A DNA stretch of 64,000 bases, taken from NCBI GenBank assembly GCA_032718475.1, contig JAUCBJ010000795.1:24110-88109 (forward strand), given 5' to 3'. Numbering within the stretch: position 1 is the stretch's first letter; each line of letters opens with the position of its first letter. The notes beneath the pieces were generated by a model. It ran no database searches and was not told where the DNA came from. It worked only from the letters and a program-made list of their open reading frames with translations. This document shows, in pieces, positions 11,639 through 24,220 of this stretch. This stretch comes from Nemertoderma westbladi. Lineage: Eukaryota; Animalia; Xenacoelomorpha. The translations under genes were made by a program, and so were the position numbers.

Positions 11639-13597
11639 TCAGTAAATACACTGTGCATTGGGTATGAATATAAGTATTGTGCCCAAGTAAATGCACCCGA
11701 AATGTCCCCTTATTCCTAATGTGACCAAATAACTGTTAGTTCTTATACTTCCCCCATTTCTTATGATAACTATTACGATTTTATATGAATACTAAGTACG
11801 TACTGTATAGCTTAAATTTCCTTCCAAATAGCACTAATATCTTTCATATATAACAAAAACGTAAAAAATTCGGGGCTGTTTCTTAATTTCTAATTTCTTT
11901 TTCTAATTAATTTTCTAATTTATAATTTCTAAATATTCATAACTTTTGTTATGGAAATCCATAAAGAATCAAGCGTTGATGGTGCAAAATTACCGCAAAG
12001 ACTAACGGTTTGTTGGTTTGAATCATTAATTTAATTTAATTCATTAAGGAAATTACCCTGGGTTGCCAGGGTAATATGTTCTAGAATAACGCAAAAAAAT
12101 GAAGAGAGCTGCTGAGCTGAAGGTTTAAGAAGACGGTTGAACCGAGCCCGAATATCACGTCAGGCAAACGAGACTTACCGCTGCGCCGGTACTTCACTTT
12201 CCGTTCACTAGTACCCAAGGTATTGTTCGTGGTAATTTCCTGCACATTTAAGGCCCGGGTTCTTACCTTGAATCAATCCTCGCGCCCACGCGCTCTGGCC
12301 CTTCGCGATTTCAGGTACGGCCCGCCCCCCCTACTCCACTCTGCTCGCTTCCTCTCCACTCCGATTTTCGCGTTTTTAGAATATTCGGTGACGGTTCTAT
12401 TTAAACACTATTCTGTGAACACTGTAGATATTTTTTTATTATATTTTAATATTTTACATATATTTATCAACTAAATTAAATTCACCTTGCTAAATTAAGA
12501 CGTAAACATACAATTGCTATTTTCACTTAATTAACAGCTTTAATTTCTTTGCATTTCAGTTATTATTTTTTGAAGATTTTGCAGATCTATTTTTAGACAT
12601 CTTTTATTTAATAACTATCTGAACTGATTACATAATATTAAAGCTAAAATCAGTCTTTCACGGTACAATTACTGCATTATTATAGCGAAAATTCGTAAAA
12701 AATTCGGGGCTGTTTCTTAATTTCTAAATAATGGGCAATTACCAACTAAATGCGTACATACAATTGCCTAGGCATTTTAACACACGTAGAGGACTAAAAT
12801 TGCCATTTATAATGATCAGATCATTTTTAAATATTTTCCAATGGATTCAGCGCCCCAGAAAACCTGTATTGAAAAAAGATTAACCGAAAATTTCAATTTT
12901 TTTGAAAATTGTTCTACTTGAAATTTTGGTGCTACAAATAACAACCCCAGTAGAATTTTTCGAAATTTTTTATTTTCGGTCGGATTCATACTAGTGAAAT
13001 CAAAATCTAAATATAATTTTAGTTCGGTGGTGTAGGCCTACTTCCTTCATGTCAGACACTATTAACCAAACAGACCCCGTACAGGTAATTTTGAATTTTG
13101 AGGTGAATATCTCAGCTAGAATGACATTTTTTCGTACGAAAAATACTACTCCTCCATTTCTTAACCATTTTTTGCAATTTTTTATTCATATGAAAGGTAA
13201 TTTCATAAGCTTCAACAAATTCTCCATATTTTGAATGAAAAATTAGAAATAACATGGGTTTTTTAAATTTTTAAAAAATTTCGAATTTTTTTTTCAAAAT
13301 TGCCAATTATCAGAAATAGAAAACGAAAATACAAAAAGTGCATGAAAAATATGATGTAAATGAACTGCTGGTTCCAGAAAATGTGGTATTGGAAAATAAA
13401 AATGGAAAATATGAAGGCGTAGGGCCTAGTCTTATTAGTGAAATTTTTAAAATCTTCATTACGTGCTGCGCGAAGGCCCCACTTCTATAAATAGTTTGTG
13501 CTCATTGTTCAATAGAAAGTATATCGATATCACCGATAACAAAATTTATAAGTTCCGTGTTTATAGACTGAAGTTGAGCTTTGTTGGCCCTGGAATG

Positions 13598-16500
13598 TGT
13601 TGGATATCCCTTTCCGATGTAGCAATGTAAAACTAATCAGTTATGAGTTACTTCCAACACGCTTAGTATTGTATAATAATAAAGTAGTCTGACTACAGTA
13701 TTACTGCATTAGGTCAAGCAACGCACTGACACAACACAACTATTGTATAATGCGGTACCGGTATATAATTACTGTAGTCTGTAGCCATGTGTTACACGGT
13801 AACAGGCCTACATAAACTGGCATGGCCTATATTCTGTGTAGCATGGCTTTACCTGTTAATAGTAGATCCTAACAATACTCCCCCTGGGAAATATTCAGTT
13901 CAAAAGAACAAATATATGTTTATTATATGGTCTACGTTATATGGTCTTAATCCTCATTTTAGTCCATATTAGTTTTCGAGTCAAAACCATAGTAATCAGT
14001 TTTCTTGCGGATCCGTATTGGGTATCGTGTTCCAGCGTCACTTTGAGTTTGATCCGACCTCGACTCCGAACTAGGTTCGACAGTATGTCTCATTTGTCCT
14101 CGTTCTTGGGTTTCCACTGTATCGTCTCTTGCGCCCAAGTGGTTTTCCGCCGTAACCTCTCTTGCTCCCATGTTCACATCAGCCGAGGTTTCAATTGTCT
14201 TGGTACCTCCATTTTTGTTATCAACTCGTTTTGGCTGAAAAATGTCTTTGTTACTCTCTCCCCCTTGGCCTACAAAAGGGCTGAATCGTTTCCTCAGGTG
14301 ATCAAGATGGCGTCTGAATATGGTTCCACATATTTCCACTGTAGCGACTCTTGAACCAAAAAGTCCTTGATATATCGCGGGTAACCATTTTTCAGTAGGT
14401 TTACGACGAGAAAAGTTTCGTACCCAGATCGCTTCCCCTTTGATATAGTTTCCACTGGTAGTGATTATCTTTGGATCTTCAGGGAATTTCAGTAGGCGAT
14501 GTAAACGTGTTTTAATGTTTCGACCTCCAAAAATCATTTCAGCTGGAGTCTGACCGTTTTCTTTAATGGTGCTGTGGTCAGCTAAGAGAAATATGGCAAT
14601 CTTTTCTTTCAGAGGTATCTTTGAATTGGACAGTTTCTTAAAAGTTGTTTTAAAGGATTGCACTAATCGCTCAGCAGCGCCGTTGCTGTTTGGTTTATAT
14701 GGAGCAGAGGGCCATAAAGCAACTCCATTTTCCTTGCAGAAACGTGATAGTTCAGCTGCTCGAAACTGTGGTCCATTGTCTGCTGTAACAATTTTTGGAA
14801 CAGAAAAATCAGCAAAAAACTGTCGGCAAGATTGTATAACAGTCTCTGCAGTGGGATTCTTTGTCACCAGTTCAACACGAGACCATTTAGTTTTCGCACA
14901 TATTAATCCTAACAATGTTTGTCCCTCGTATTCGCCGAAATCGAGGTGGATTCGCTCGAAAGGCTCGGTTGGTTCGGGCATTGGTTTCAGAGGAACATGG
15001 ACTTCCTTAGAATACTGCTGGCATTGTTCACAGGATTTGGTGTATAAGTCGATGTCTTTAGCAATGTTCAACCACCAAACTGTATCTTTTGCTAAACCAG
15101 TCATCCTTTGTTTCCCAATATGCCCTTCATGCAGAATTTCGAGAACATTATTTTGAAGGTGCTCTGGAATCAGTACAGCCATTCCACGGAAAATTGTCCC
15201 ATTATGGACAGTTAATTCATTCCGGATGTGTTTATACGGACGTAGTTCAGGTGAGTTAGAGGTATTTCCTGATGCTAGTTCGAGAACTAACTTTTGAAGA
15301 ATAACATCCTTCTCAGTAGCATCTTTGATGCCTATGCGGTTGAACTTAAACAATTCCGCTGTAGCTTGCTCCATATGTATGTCTGTAATCTTAATATCAA
15401 CCATACCATCGATCTCTTCTTTTGGCTTAGAAAGCCTTGTGAAACAGTCAACAGGGTTGTCTTCTGATTTAATGAATTTTGGTGTGAAATTGTAATTTGA
15501 CATTTCAACAGACCAGTGCTGTAGTCTGGATAGTGCCATTGATGGTAATTTCGCAGAAGGTGCTAGGATATGTTTCAATGGTAAGTTGTCAGTTATTAAA
15601 ATAAAATGTCTTCCCAGAATATAAGATCTGAATTTCCGAACAGCAAATATGATTCCAAGGGCTTCCCGGTCGATTTGAGAGTAATTACGCTGAAATTTAT
15701 TTAGCGATGCAGATGTGAAAGACACTGGGGTTAAACAGTTGTCATCCTGTTTTTGGAGTAGTACAGCAGACACGGCGGTCGGTGATGCGTCAGTAATTAT
15801 CGTGGTTTCCTTTTTTGTATCAAAAAATGTCAGTAGTGTTGACTTTGCTATTTCAGCTTTGATTCTGTTGAATGCTTGGTTTGTTGTATCGTTCCATATG
15901 AATTCTGCATCCTTTGAAAGTAGACTGTACATTGGTTGTGCTATCTCAGCAAATGATGGGACAAATTTATGCAAGTAGTTGAATAATCCAAGTACTGATT
16001 GGAGTTCTTTGACGTTCTCCGGTGGTTGAAGAGCAGCAATTGTATCTATCTTTTTGGGGTCTGGGCGAATACCATCTTTAGAAATTAGATGTCCGCAGAA
16101 CTCGACTGTATTTTGAAAAAACTTACATTTCTCCATACGCAATGTCAACCCAAAGTGGCGAAGGGCAGATAAAACAGACTTGAGGTTTTCAATATGCTCT
16201 GCTTTGTTCTTCTCAGTAATAACACATTCATCCATGTATGTGGCGCTTTTAGTGTTATGCAAGGCTTCGTATATTCCCCTGAGACATTTAGTTCCTGAAC
16301 TTTTTACTCCATATGGAACTCTAGTCGGAATTAGTAGTCCTAATGGTGTGTTTAGCGTAGTAATTAGCTCAGCTTCTTTAACTAATGGGAACTGGTGGTA
16401 TGCTTCCTTCAAGTCAAGGATCGTAAATTCCTGTCCTCCAGAAATTTTGTTTGTGATTTCATCTAAGGTTGATAACTGGAAAGTATCTTCAATGAGAAAT

Positions 16501-18956
16501 GGATTTATTGTGGATTTGTAATCACCACACACACGAATTTTATTGTTTCGCAATGAAACAACCAATGGGGTTGCCCATTTTATTTCCTCATTGGGTTCAG
16601 GTTTGCGTAGAATACCACGTTTCAGGTCGTTTTCCAGAATCTGAATGACTTCGTCTTTGTACCCAAATGCTATTTGACAGCAACTTAGGAATCTTGGTTT
16701 GGCTTCATCTGACAATGCTAATGTTGCAGGCTGTCCCTTGAATTTCCCAAGACCCGTAAAGACATCCTTGAATTCTAATTTCAAGTTATTCAAAGTATCA
16801 CTGAATTGTACATTGTTTCCAATGTGTACCATCGTTTTTTTATCACTTGTACCTGTAAAATTGTCACGAAGGCAATCAACTCCGCAGTTTAGCCTGTCTA
16901 TCCAGTATTTTCCGAAAAGTGGAAGGCCTTGTAATGCTTTGTCAATTATGAGCAAAGGCAAACTATGTTCAGTGATGCCTAATTTGGGTATATTAACTGT
17001 TACTTTACTAATACCCTTTACATTCTGTATTCCATCACAAAATCCTTTTAATATTGTATCTGTTTCTTCTAAGCTTTCACATGGGAATAGTTCCTGGAAT
17101 TGCTTAAAAGATATTACTGAGTGTCTAGCTCCTGAATCTAGTTCGCATTTAACAATCTTACCATTTATTTCTGGTGTGCAAGTCATTGGAGCAACTTTTT
17201 CCAGCAAATTTATTGGGTTTACCGTAATTGTAGTTACCAGATTCATGTAATGTATGAAATCGTCATCATACTCTTCCCCATCAACATCGCTGTCTTCTGT
17301 AACCTGTAATTGTTTCATTTTCTGGCTTGTAGTTCCAGATTTATATGGGTTTGTAGTACCCGATTTATTGAGACGCGAATGTCCTGTGTTATTTGGGGTT
17401 TTTTTGTTTGCTTTCATGCAAGCGGCTTGTATATGCCCTGAAGCCCCACAGGAATTACATTTTACTGTTTCTGGTAATTTGCATGTGGTAATTTTGTGTC
17501 CATTCCTATTACAGCGGTAACACACAATATGCGTTGTATTTGTATCTTTAGCTTTTATGCGGTACCTGGACTGTAACTGTAGTTTGTGGGTCTCTACTGA
17601 TATACCATCCACCTCACGCTTTGCATTTTCTCGTGCCTCTTCATAGTTTGTTGCTATGTCAACAGCTGCAATAAAAGTGTCTGGTTTCTGTCTCATTAAC
17701 TCTGTGGCTATGTATTCATCCTTGACCCCTGCTAAAAATTGCTCTTTTAGTCTACCATCAAGGGTAGCTCCAAATTCACAGTAACGTGAAGCTGCTTTGA
17801 TTGATTTAGAAAATTCGGCTATGCTTTCATGTTGTTTCTGCTGCAATCTGATGAATTTACGTATTTCTGCTTCTTTATTTATTTTATGATTGAAGTATGT
17901 ATCCACTGCTGTAATAATATCTGTGTAATTTGCTGTAAGTATGTCTGTAGGGTAGATTAGATCCATAGCAATTTCGAGTAGGTCTGTGCCACAATTCGCA
18001 AGGAATAATTTACGCTTTTCAGCTTCTAAATTTGCGTCATTATTGAAAGTTGTCGAATCAATTATTACCGCTAGCATGGTTTTATAAACTGGCCATTTGT
18101 CTGTAGACATTTTAAAAGGCTTGAATAGTTTGGCATACTTTGTAGAAACTGCCATAGTTTGTAGTGTAAGTTGAATTTTGAAATTGAACACGTACCGGTA
18201 GTATGTAGAGGCGTATGCAGTTTAGTATTCAGTTAATTCGCAGATTGACTACTGTACTGCAGAATTGTAGATTGTAGATAATTGCCTTATCCTAGTGTGT
18301 AGGCAATCGTTAAAACTCGCGGATTGACTGCTGTAAGTGCTGTAATGCAGTCCTTTCACTCCCGTAGGTAACCGTACCTGCAGTGTAATCTGCTTACCTG
18401 GTAGGTTGGCGTCCGAATTATAGAACAACGGCGTATAACGTGTTCAATTTAAACGTAATTTCTGAAATACCGGTACTGGTATGTTGTAGACATTTGTATG
18501 CATTAGTAGTTCGGCGTAGGTGTAGGCATGTAGGCCTAATGCTGAACTTCTGTAATTACTGAATGCTGTAATCTACGTTGTAGGCCTACATGAAGCTGTA
18601 GGTAAGCATAGGTACTTCAAAACCTGTCTGCTTGTGTAACCGCGTGTATGTGTTCAATATTTTCCATCGCAGCGCCAATTGTTGGATATCCCTTTCCGAT
18701 GTAGCAATGTAAAACTAATCAGTTATGAGTTACTTCCAACACGCTTAGTATCGTATAATAAAAAAGTAGTCTGACTACAGTATTACTGCATTAGGTCAAG
18801 CAACGCGCTGACACAACACAACTATTGTATAATGCGGTACCGGTATATAATTACTGTAGTCTGTAGCAATGTGTTACACGGTAACAGGCCTACATAAACT
18901 GGCATGGCCTATATTCTGTGTAGCATGGCTTTACCTGTTAATAGTAGATCCTAACA
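13598..18956 (-). mobile_element. Full-length Gypsy (Mag-like) LTR retrotransposon
   Basis: 277-bp LTRs (TG..CA) at 13598-13874 and 18680-18956 with ~4 mismatches. TSD gaatg at 13593-13597 and 18957-18961. PBS TGGCGCTGCGA (tRNA-Ser-like) next to the right LTR; PPT AGGGGGAG next to the left LTR. Confidence 0.97.
13959..18191 (-). CDS. Gypsy gag-pol polyprotein: 2x CCHC, protease, RT, RNase H, integrase
   Basis: CYRCNRNGHKITTC and CNSCGASGHIQAAC; LDSGA; VCGDYK, LDLKEAYHQ, YMDE; TDAS..NYSQIDREALG; H-H-C-C; HLDFG, ADNGPQF, AAERLV. Confidence 0.95.
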   Translation of the reverse strand: MFNFKIQLTLQTMAVSTKYAKLFKPFKMSTDKWPVYKTMLAVIIDSTTFNNDANLEAEKRKLFLANCGTDLLEIAMDLIYPTDILTANYTDIITAVDTYFNHKINKEAEIRKFIRLQQKQHESIAEFSKSIKAASRYCEFGATLDGRLKEQFLAGVKDEYIATELMRQKPDTFIAAVDIATNYEEARENAKREVDGISVETHKLQLQSRYRIKAKDTNTTHIVCYRCNRNGHKITTCKLPETVKCNSCGASGHIQAACMKANKKTPNNTGHSRLNKSGTTNPYKSGTTSQKMKQLQVTEDSDVDGEEYDDDFIHYMNLVTTITVNPINLLEKVAPMTCTPEINGKIVKCELDSGARHSVISFKQFQELFPCESLEETDTILKGFCDGIQNVKGISKVTVNIPKLGITEHSLPLLIIDKALQGLPLFGKYWIDRLNCGVDCLRDNFTGTSDKKTMVHIGNNVQFSDTLNNLKLEFKDVFTGLGKFKGQPATLALSDEAKPRFLSCCQIAFGYKDEVIQILENDLKRGILRKPEPNEEIKWATPLVVSLRNNKIRVCGDYKSTINPFLIEDTFQLSTLDEITNKISGGQEFTILDLKEAYHQFPLVKEAELITTLNTPLGLLIPTRVPYGVKSSGTKCLRGIYEALHNTKSATYMDECVITEKNKAEHIENLKSVLSALRHFGLTLRMEKCKFFQNTVEFCGHLISKDGIRPDPKKIDTIAALQPPENVKELQSVLGLFNYLHKFVPSFAEIAQPMYSLLSKDAEFIWNDTTNQAFNRIKAEIAKSTLLTFFDTKKETTIITDASPTAVSAVLLQKQDDNCLTPVSFTSASLNKFQRNYSQIDREALGIIFAVRKFRSYILGRHFILITDNLPLKHILAPSAKLPSMALSRLQHWSVEMSNYNFTPKFIKSEDNPVDCFTRLSKPKEEIDGMVDIKITDIHMEQATAELFKFNRIGIKDATEKDVILQKLVLELASGNTSNSPELRPYKHIRNELTVHNGTIFRGMAVLIPEHLQNNVLEILHEGHIGKQRMTGLAKDTVWWLNIAKDIDLYTKSCEQCQQYSKEVHVPLKPMPEPTEPFERIHLDFGEYEGQTLLGLICAKTKWSRVELVTKNPTAETVIQSCRQFFADFSVPKIVTADNGPQFRAAELSRFCKENGVALWPSAPYKPNSNGAAERLVQSFKTTFKKLSNSKIPLKEKIAIFLLADHSTIKENGQTPAEMIFGGRNIKTRLHRLLKFPEDPKIITTSGNYIKGEAIWVRNFSRRKPTEKWLPAIYQGLFGSRVATVEICGTIFRRHLDHLRKRFSPFVGQGGESNKDIFQPKRVDNKNGGTKTIETSADVNMGAREVTAENHLGARDDTVETQERGQMRHTVEPSSESRSDQTQSDAGTRYPIRIRKKTDYYGFDSKTNMD

Positions 18957-21900
18957 GAATGTCATTGTCTCGTTTCCAATTCCGTATTCACATTGGTGGT
19001 TCCATCTGTAACGGCATTGTGGAAGTGTCTGAGACTTCCACCACAACCACATATCGACTATATTCATCTTGTTTATGCGACAATTCTTCATTTAGCGATG
19101 CGATATAATTAGCGAAGGGAGATGAGCGATAGTCGCTATCTATGCTGTGTCTCTTTCGTCGATCTCTTGGTGTTTCTCTGTCTAAAGTTTGAATTTTCGC
19201 GATTTGGTAGGCCTTTTAGTTGAAATTTTAATTGAAAATTTAAATTTTTTTGAAAATTGTTCTACTTGAAATTTTGGTGCTACAAATAACAACCCCAGTA
19301 GAATTTTTCGAAATTTTTTATTTTCGGTCGGATTCATACTAGTGAAATCAAAATCTAAATATAATTTTAGTTCGGTGGTGTAGGCCTACTTCCTTCATGT
19401 CAGACACTATTAACCAAACAGACCCCGTACAGGTAATTTTGAATTTTGAGGTGAATATCTCAGCTAGAATGACATTTTTTCGTACGAAAAATACTACTCC
19501 TCCATTTCTTAACCATTTTTTGCAATTTTTTATTCATATGAAAGGTAATTTCATAAGCTTCAACAAATTCTCCATATTTTGAATGAAAAATTAGAAATAA
19601 CGTGGGTTTTTTAAATTTTTAAAAAATTTCGAATTTTTTTTTCAAAATTGCCAATTATCAGAAATAGAAAACGAAAATACAAAAAGTGCATGAAAAATAT
19701 GATGTAAATGAACTGCTGGTTCCAGAAAATGTGGTATCGGAAAATAAAAATGGAAAATATGAAGGCGTAGGGCCTAGTCTTATTAGTGTAATTTTTAAAA
19801 TCTTCATTACGTGCTGCGCGAAGGCCCCACTTCTATAAATAGTTTGTGCTCATTGTTTATAGAGTAAAGAAATATAAAGTATATCGATATCGCCGATATC
19901 ACCGATAACAAAATTTATAAGTTCCGTGTTTATAGACTGAAGTTTAGCTTTGTTGGCCCTAGAATGTCATTGTCTCGTTTCCAATTCCGTATTCACATTG
20001 GTGGTTGCATCTGTAACGGCATTGTGTCTGTGACTTCCACCACATAAAATAATATATATAATATATAATATAAAATATATAATAATAAAGAAAAAGGTAA
20101 TATTTTTTGAGTAATTTACAAACTTTCGTTATGGAAATCCATAAAGAATCAAGCATTGATGGTGCAAAATTACCGCAAAGACTAACGGTTTGTGGGTTTG
20201 AATCATTAATTTAATTTAATTCATTAAGGAAATTACCCTGGGTTGCCAGGGTAATATGTTCTAGAATAACGCAAAAAAATGAAGAGAGCTGCTGAGCTGA
20301 CGGTTTAAGAAGACGGTTGAACCGAGCCCGAATTTCACATCAGGCAAACGAGACTTGCCGCTGCGCCGGTACTTCACTTCCCATAATGGGCAATTAGGAC
20401 ATTAGGCTCGGAACTCGGACATTAGGCCTATTATTATATAAATAATTAATTAATTAATATAATTAAATTATATAAATACATAAGAATAACAACAATAAGC
20501 AAGAAGGATGAGTCACCAATAGTAAAGCAAAATCCTACTTTCATTGGACCTCACTAAATAGCTAAACCAATGAAAAAGCCGGATTATTGCCCTACTCGCT
20601 ACTTTTCACTTGGGGTTATTAACGTACCATATATGGATATGAAAGTGCTCTTTTGGGCTTCTAATAGACCCCTATACGAGCGATTTACGTAACAGTAAAT
20701 TATTATAAAGGGATTAGTGTGGCTATACATTTTACTACCAAATTCTGTCGTGCGGGCATTTGGCATTCCTTATTAAATATACACCGTAAATACACTGTGC
20801 ATTGGGTATGAATATAAGTATTGTGCCCAAGTAAATGCACCCGAAATGTCCCCTTATTCCTAATATGACCAAATAACTGTTAGTTCTTATACTTCCCCCC
20901 ATTAACCTATATCTACCTAAATCTAAATCTACCTATAATTTAACGTTCAAATGGCGTTGAAAAACGAAAAATTTATAACAAATAAACGCTAGAATCTGAC
21001 GTTAGTAAAAGGCGTAAAAGTTAGTCGAACGTTCGTTTGGCCGCTTTTGTGACGTTAAAATTTCCCCAAAAACAACGTTGAATTTTACGTAAATATAATA
21101 TATTCCAACGTTATCTTTAACCGTTGAATTTGCAGTATATTAATCGTTAAACCAACTTCAGTTAATCAACAAAACTGACGTTAGATATCCACATTCCAAC
21201 GTTTATTTAATCAGGGATTTTCAGTTTTTCAGGCCACTAGGTAAATCTCACGTTACCAATAGTCAACCAGTCACCAATAGTCAAGCAAAATCCTACTTTC
21301 ATTGGACCTCACTAAATAGCTAAACCAATGAAAAAGCCGGATTATTGCCCTACTCGCTACTTTTCGCCTAGTGTTATTAACGTACCATATATGGATATGA
21401 AAGTGCTCTTTTGGGTTTCTAATAGACCCCTATACGAGCCATTTACGTAACAGTAAATTATTATAAAGGGATTAGTGTGGCTATACATTTTACTACCAAA
21501 TTCTGTCGTGGTGGCATTTGGCATTCCTATTAAATATACACCGTAAATACACTGTGCATAAATACTACTCCTCCATTTCTTAACCATTTTTTGAAATTTT
21601 TTCTTCATATGAAAGGTAATTTCATAAGATAATTCGATAATTATTACGATTTTATATGAATACTAAGTACGTACTGTATAGCTTAAATTTCCTTCCAAAT
21701 AGCACTAATATATTTCATATATAACAAAAACGTAAAAAATTCGGGGCTGTTTCTTAATTTCTAAATAATGGGCAATTACCAACTAAATGCGTACATACAA
21801 TTTCCTAGGCATTTTAACACACGTAGAGGACTAAAATTGCCATTTATAATGAGCAGATCATTTTTAAATATTTTCCAATGGATTCAGCGCCCCAGAAAAC

Positions 21901-22957
21901 CTGTATTGAAAAAAGATTAACCGAAAATTTCAAATTTTTTGAAAATTGTTCTACTTGAAATTTTGGTGCTACAAATAACAACACGTAGGCCTACTTCCTA
22001 CATATCAAGACACTATTAACTAAACAGACCCCATACAGGTAATTTTGTGCGGGAAGGTTTGAATTTTGAGGTGATTATCTCAGCTAGAATGACATTTTTT
22101 CGTACGAAAAATACTACTCCTCCATTTCTTAACCATTTTGTGCAATTTTTTCTTCATATGAAAGGTAATTTCATAAGCTTCAACAAATTCTCCATATTTT
22201 GAATGAAAAATTAGAAATAACATGGGTTTTTTCAGTTTTTAAAAAAATTTCGAATTTTTTTTCAAAATTGCCAATTATCAGAAATAGAAAACGAAAATAC
22301 AAAAAGTGCATGAAAAATATGATGTAAATGAATATGCTGGTTCCAGAAAATGTGGTATCGGAAAATAAAAATGGAAAATATGAAGGCGTAGGGCCTAGTC
22401 TTATTAGTGAAATTTTTAAAATCTTCATTACGTGCTGCGCGAAGGCCCCACTTCTATAAATAGTTTGTGCTCATTGTTTATAGAGTAAAGAAATATAAAG
22501 TATATCGATATCGCCGATATCACCGATAACAAAATTTATAAGTTCCGTGTTTATAGACTGAAGTTTAGCTTTGTTGGCCCTGGAATGTCATTGTCTCGTT
22601 TCCAATTCCATATTCACATTGGTGGTTCCATCTGTAACAGCATTGTGGAAGTGTCTGTGACTTCCACCACAACCACACATCGACTATATTCATCTTGTTT
22701 ATGCGACAATTCATCATTTAGCGATGCGATATAATTTGCGAAGGGAGATGAGCGATAGTCGCTATCTATGCTGTGTCTCTTTCGTCGATCTCTTGGTGTT
22801 TCTCTGTCTAAAGTTTGAATTTTCGGGATTTGGTAGGCCTTTTACTTCTTCTATATTATTTTAAGTATTTTACTGCAATCGTTTATATTATATCAGAAAA
22901 ATATTAATATATATAAATTATTTTTATTACAATTTATTTAAATATAATATATTATAA

Positions 22958-24220
22958 ACTACTACTAGGTCGAGCGAACTCGGACAGTGGAAATGAGATC
23001 CTTCCAGGCTTCCCGATTCTCCAACTACTACTAGGTCGAGCGAACTCGGACAGTGGAAATGAGATCCTTCCAGGCTTCCCGATTCTCCATAGTTGTCGCA
23101 ATTGCGTTTCTCCCAAGTTCAGTATCCCTTTCAAGTTGATCTATATATGTTATGGCCAGTCGTCCACGACTACGCTTTCCATGTGTTGGTTGCCAGACAA
23201 GTAGATCTGGTATGACCTCGTCTTTACTTCGCCAACAGTGCCCACTGAATCTTAATCTGCGTTAACGGGTGGTGGTTGATACAGGTGGTATTGTGTACCA
23301 TAAATCTCGGCGTTTGTCATGTTTTGTCTCCAGCTGACGTTTAGGGCAGCGCCATTAGTAGTCTTGTGTGCAACCATCAATTCGGCATTCAAGTGATTTA
23401 GTCAGTGTCCAGGTCTCACCCCCGTATAAAAATACTCTTACCACTGTGGCTCCCACTTATGCGTTCTTGTAATGTGAATCCCAGATCTCCACCCTTTGTG
23501 GCCGTCCTCATTGAGTAATCAAGTACAATTACAAATAGTATTGGTGCTAATGTGTCACCTTGCAGTACGCCAGCCAGGACTGAGAAGAACTCAATTTCAC
23601 CATCTGATGAGAGTACCTGAGCTTCTGTGTCACAATATAATAATCGAATGCAAGCCACAATTACCTCTGGTATTCCATAAGCTCTTAGAATTTCCAGCAT
23701 TTTACCTCTATGGATTGAGTCGAAGGCCTTCTTGAAGTCCACAAAAGTCATGACTGCGGGGAGATTCTTTGACTTAATTCCCTCAATCAGTCTCCGTAGC
23801 GGAAGTATCTGAGCTATTGTTGATCTATTTTGTCGAAATCCGTTTTGGCTCTTACGCAGTAGTTTCTCTGTGAGGCCTAATCCTATATAGAATCATTTTG
23901 TTATGTATTTTGGCAGCTACCACAAGCAGGCAGATTTTAGCAGCTACCACAAGCAGACAGATCCCACGATAGTTTGTTGGTATACCGTGGTCTCCTTTCT
24001 TGGGGAGGGGCTTTAGTTGACCTTTAGTCCAAATTGGTGGTGGTTTTTCCCCTTTCAGCATCTGGTTGGAAACATTCAATAATGGTCTGTTTAGCACTCC
24101 GGTTTTCCTTACCTTCGCTGGGATTTCATATAATCCACTCGCTTTATTATTGGACATGCTTTTAATGCTTCTTTGGAGTTCGACAGGTGTGAAGTCCCCT
24201 GTTTCTATAGGTAGTGTTAC
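22958..24220 (-). mobile_element. Duplicate of the RTE fragment at 8727-9990
   Basis: Same deletion, same 27-bp duplication and same doubled 3' unit; offset 14231 bp. Confidence 0.9.

Noticed and set aside
14566-17520. Plus-strand ORFs over the Gypsy, and antisense ORFs over the BEL and RTE copies
   Set aside because: Antisense shadows of real transposon ORFs with no domains.
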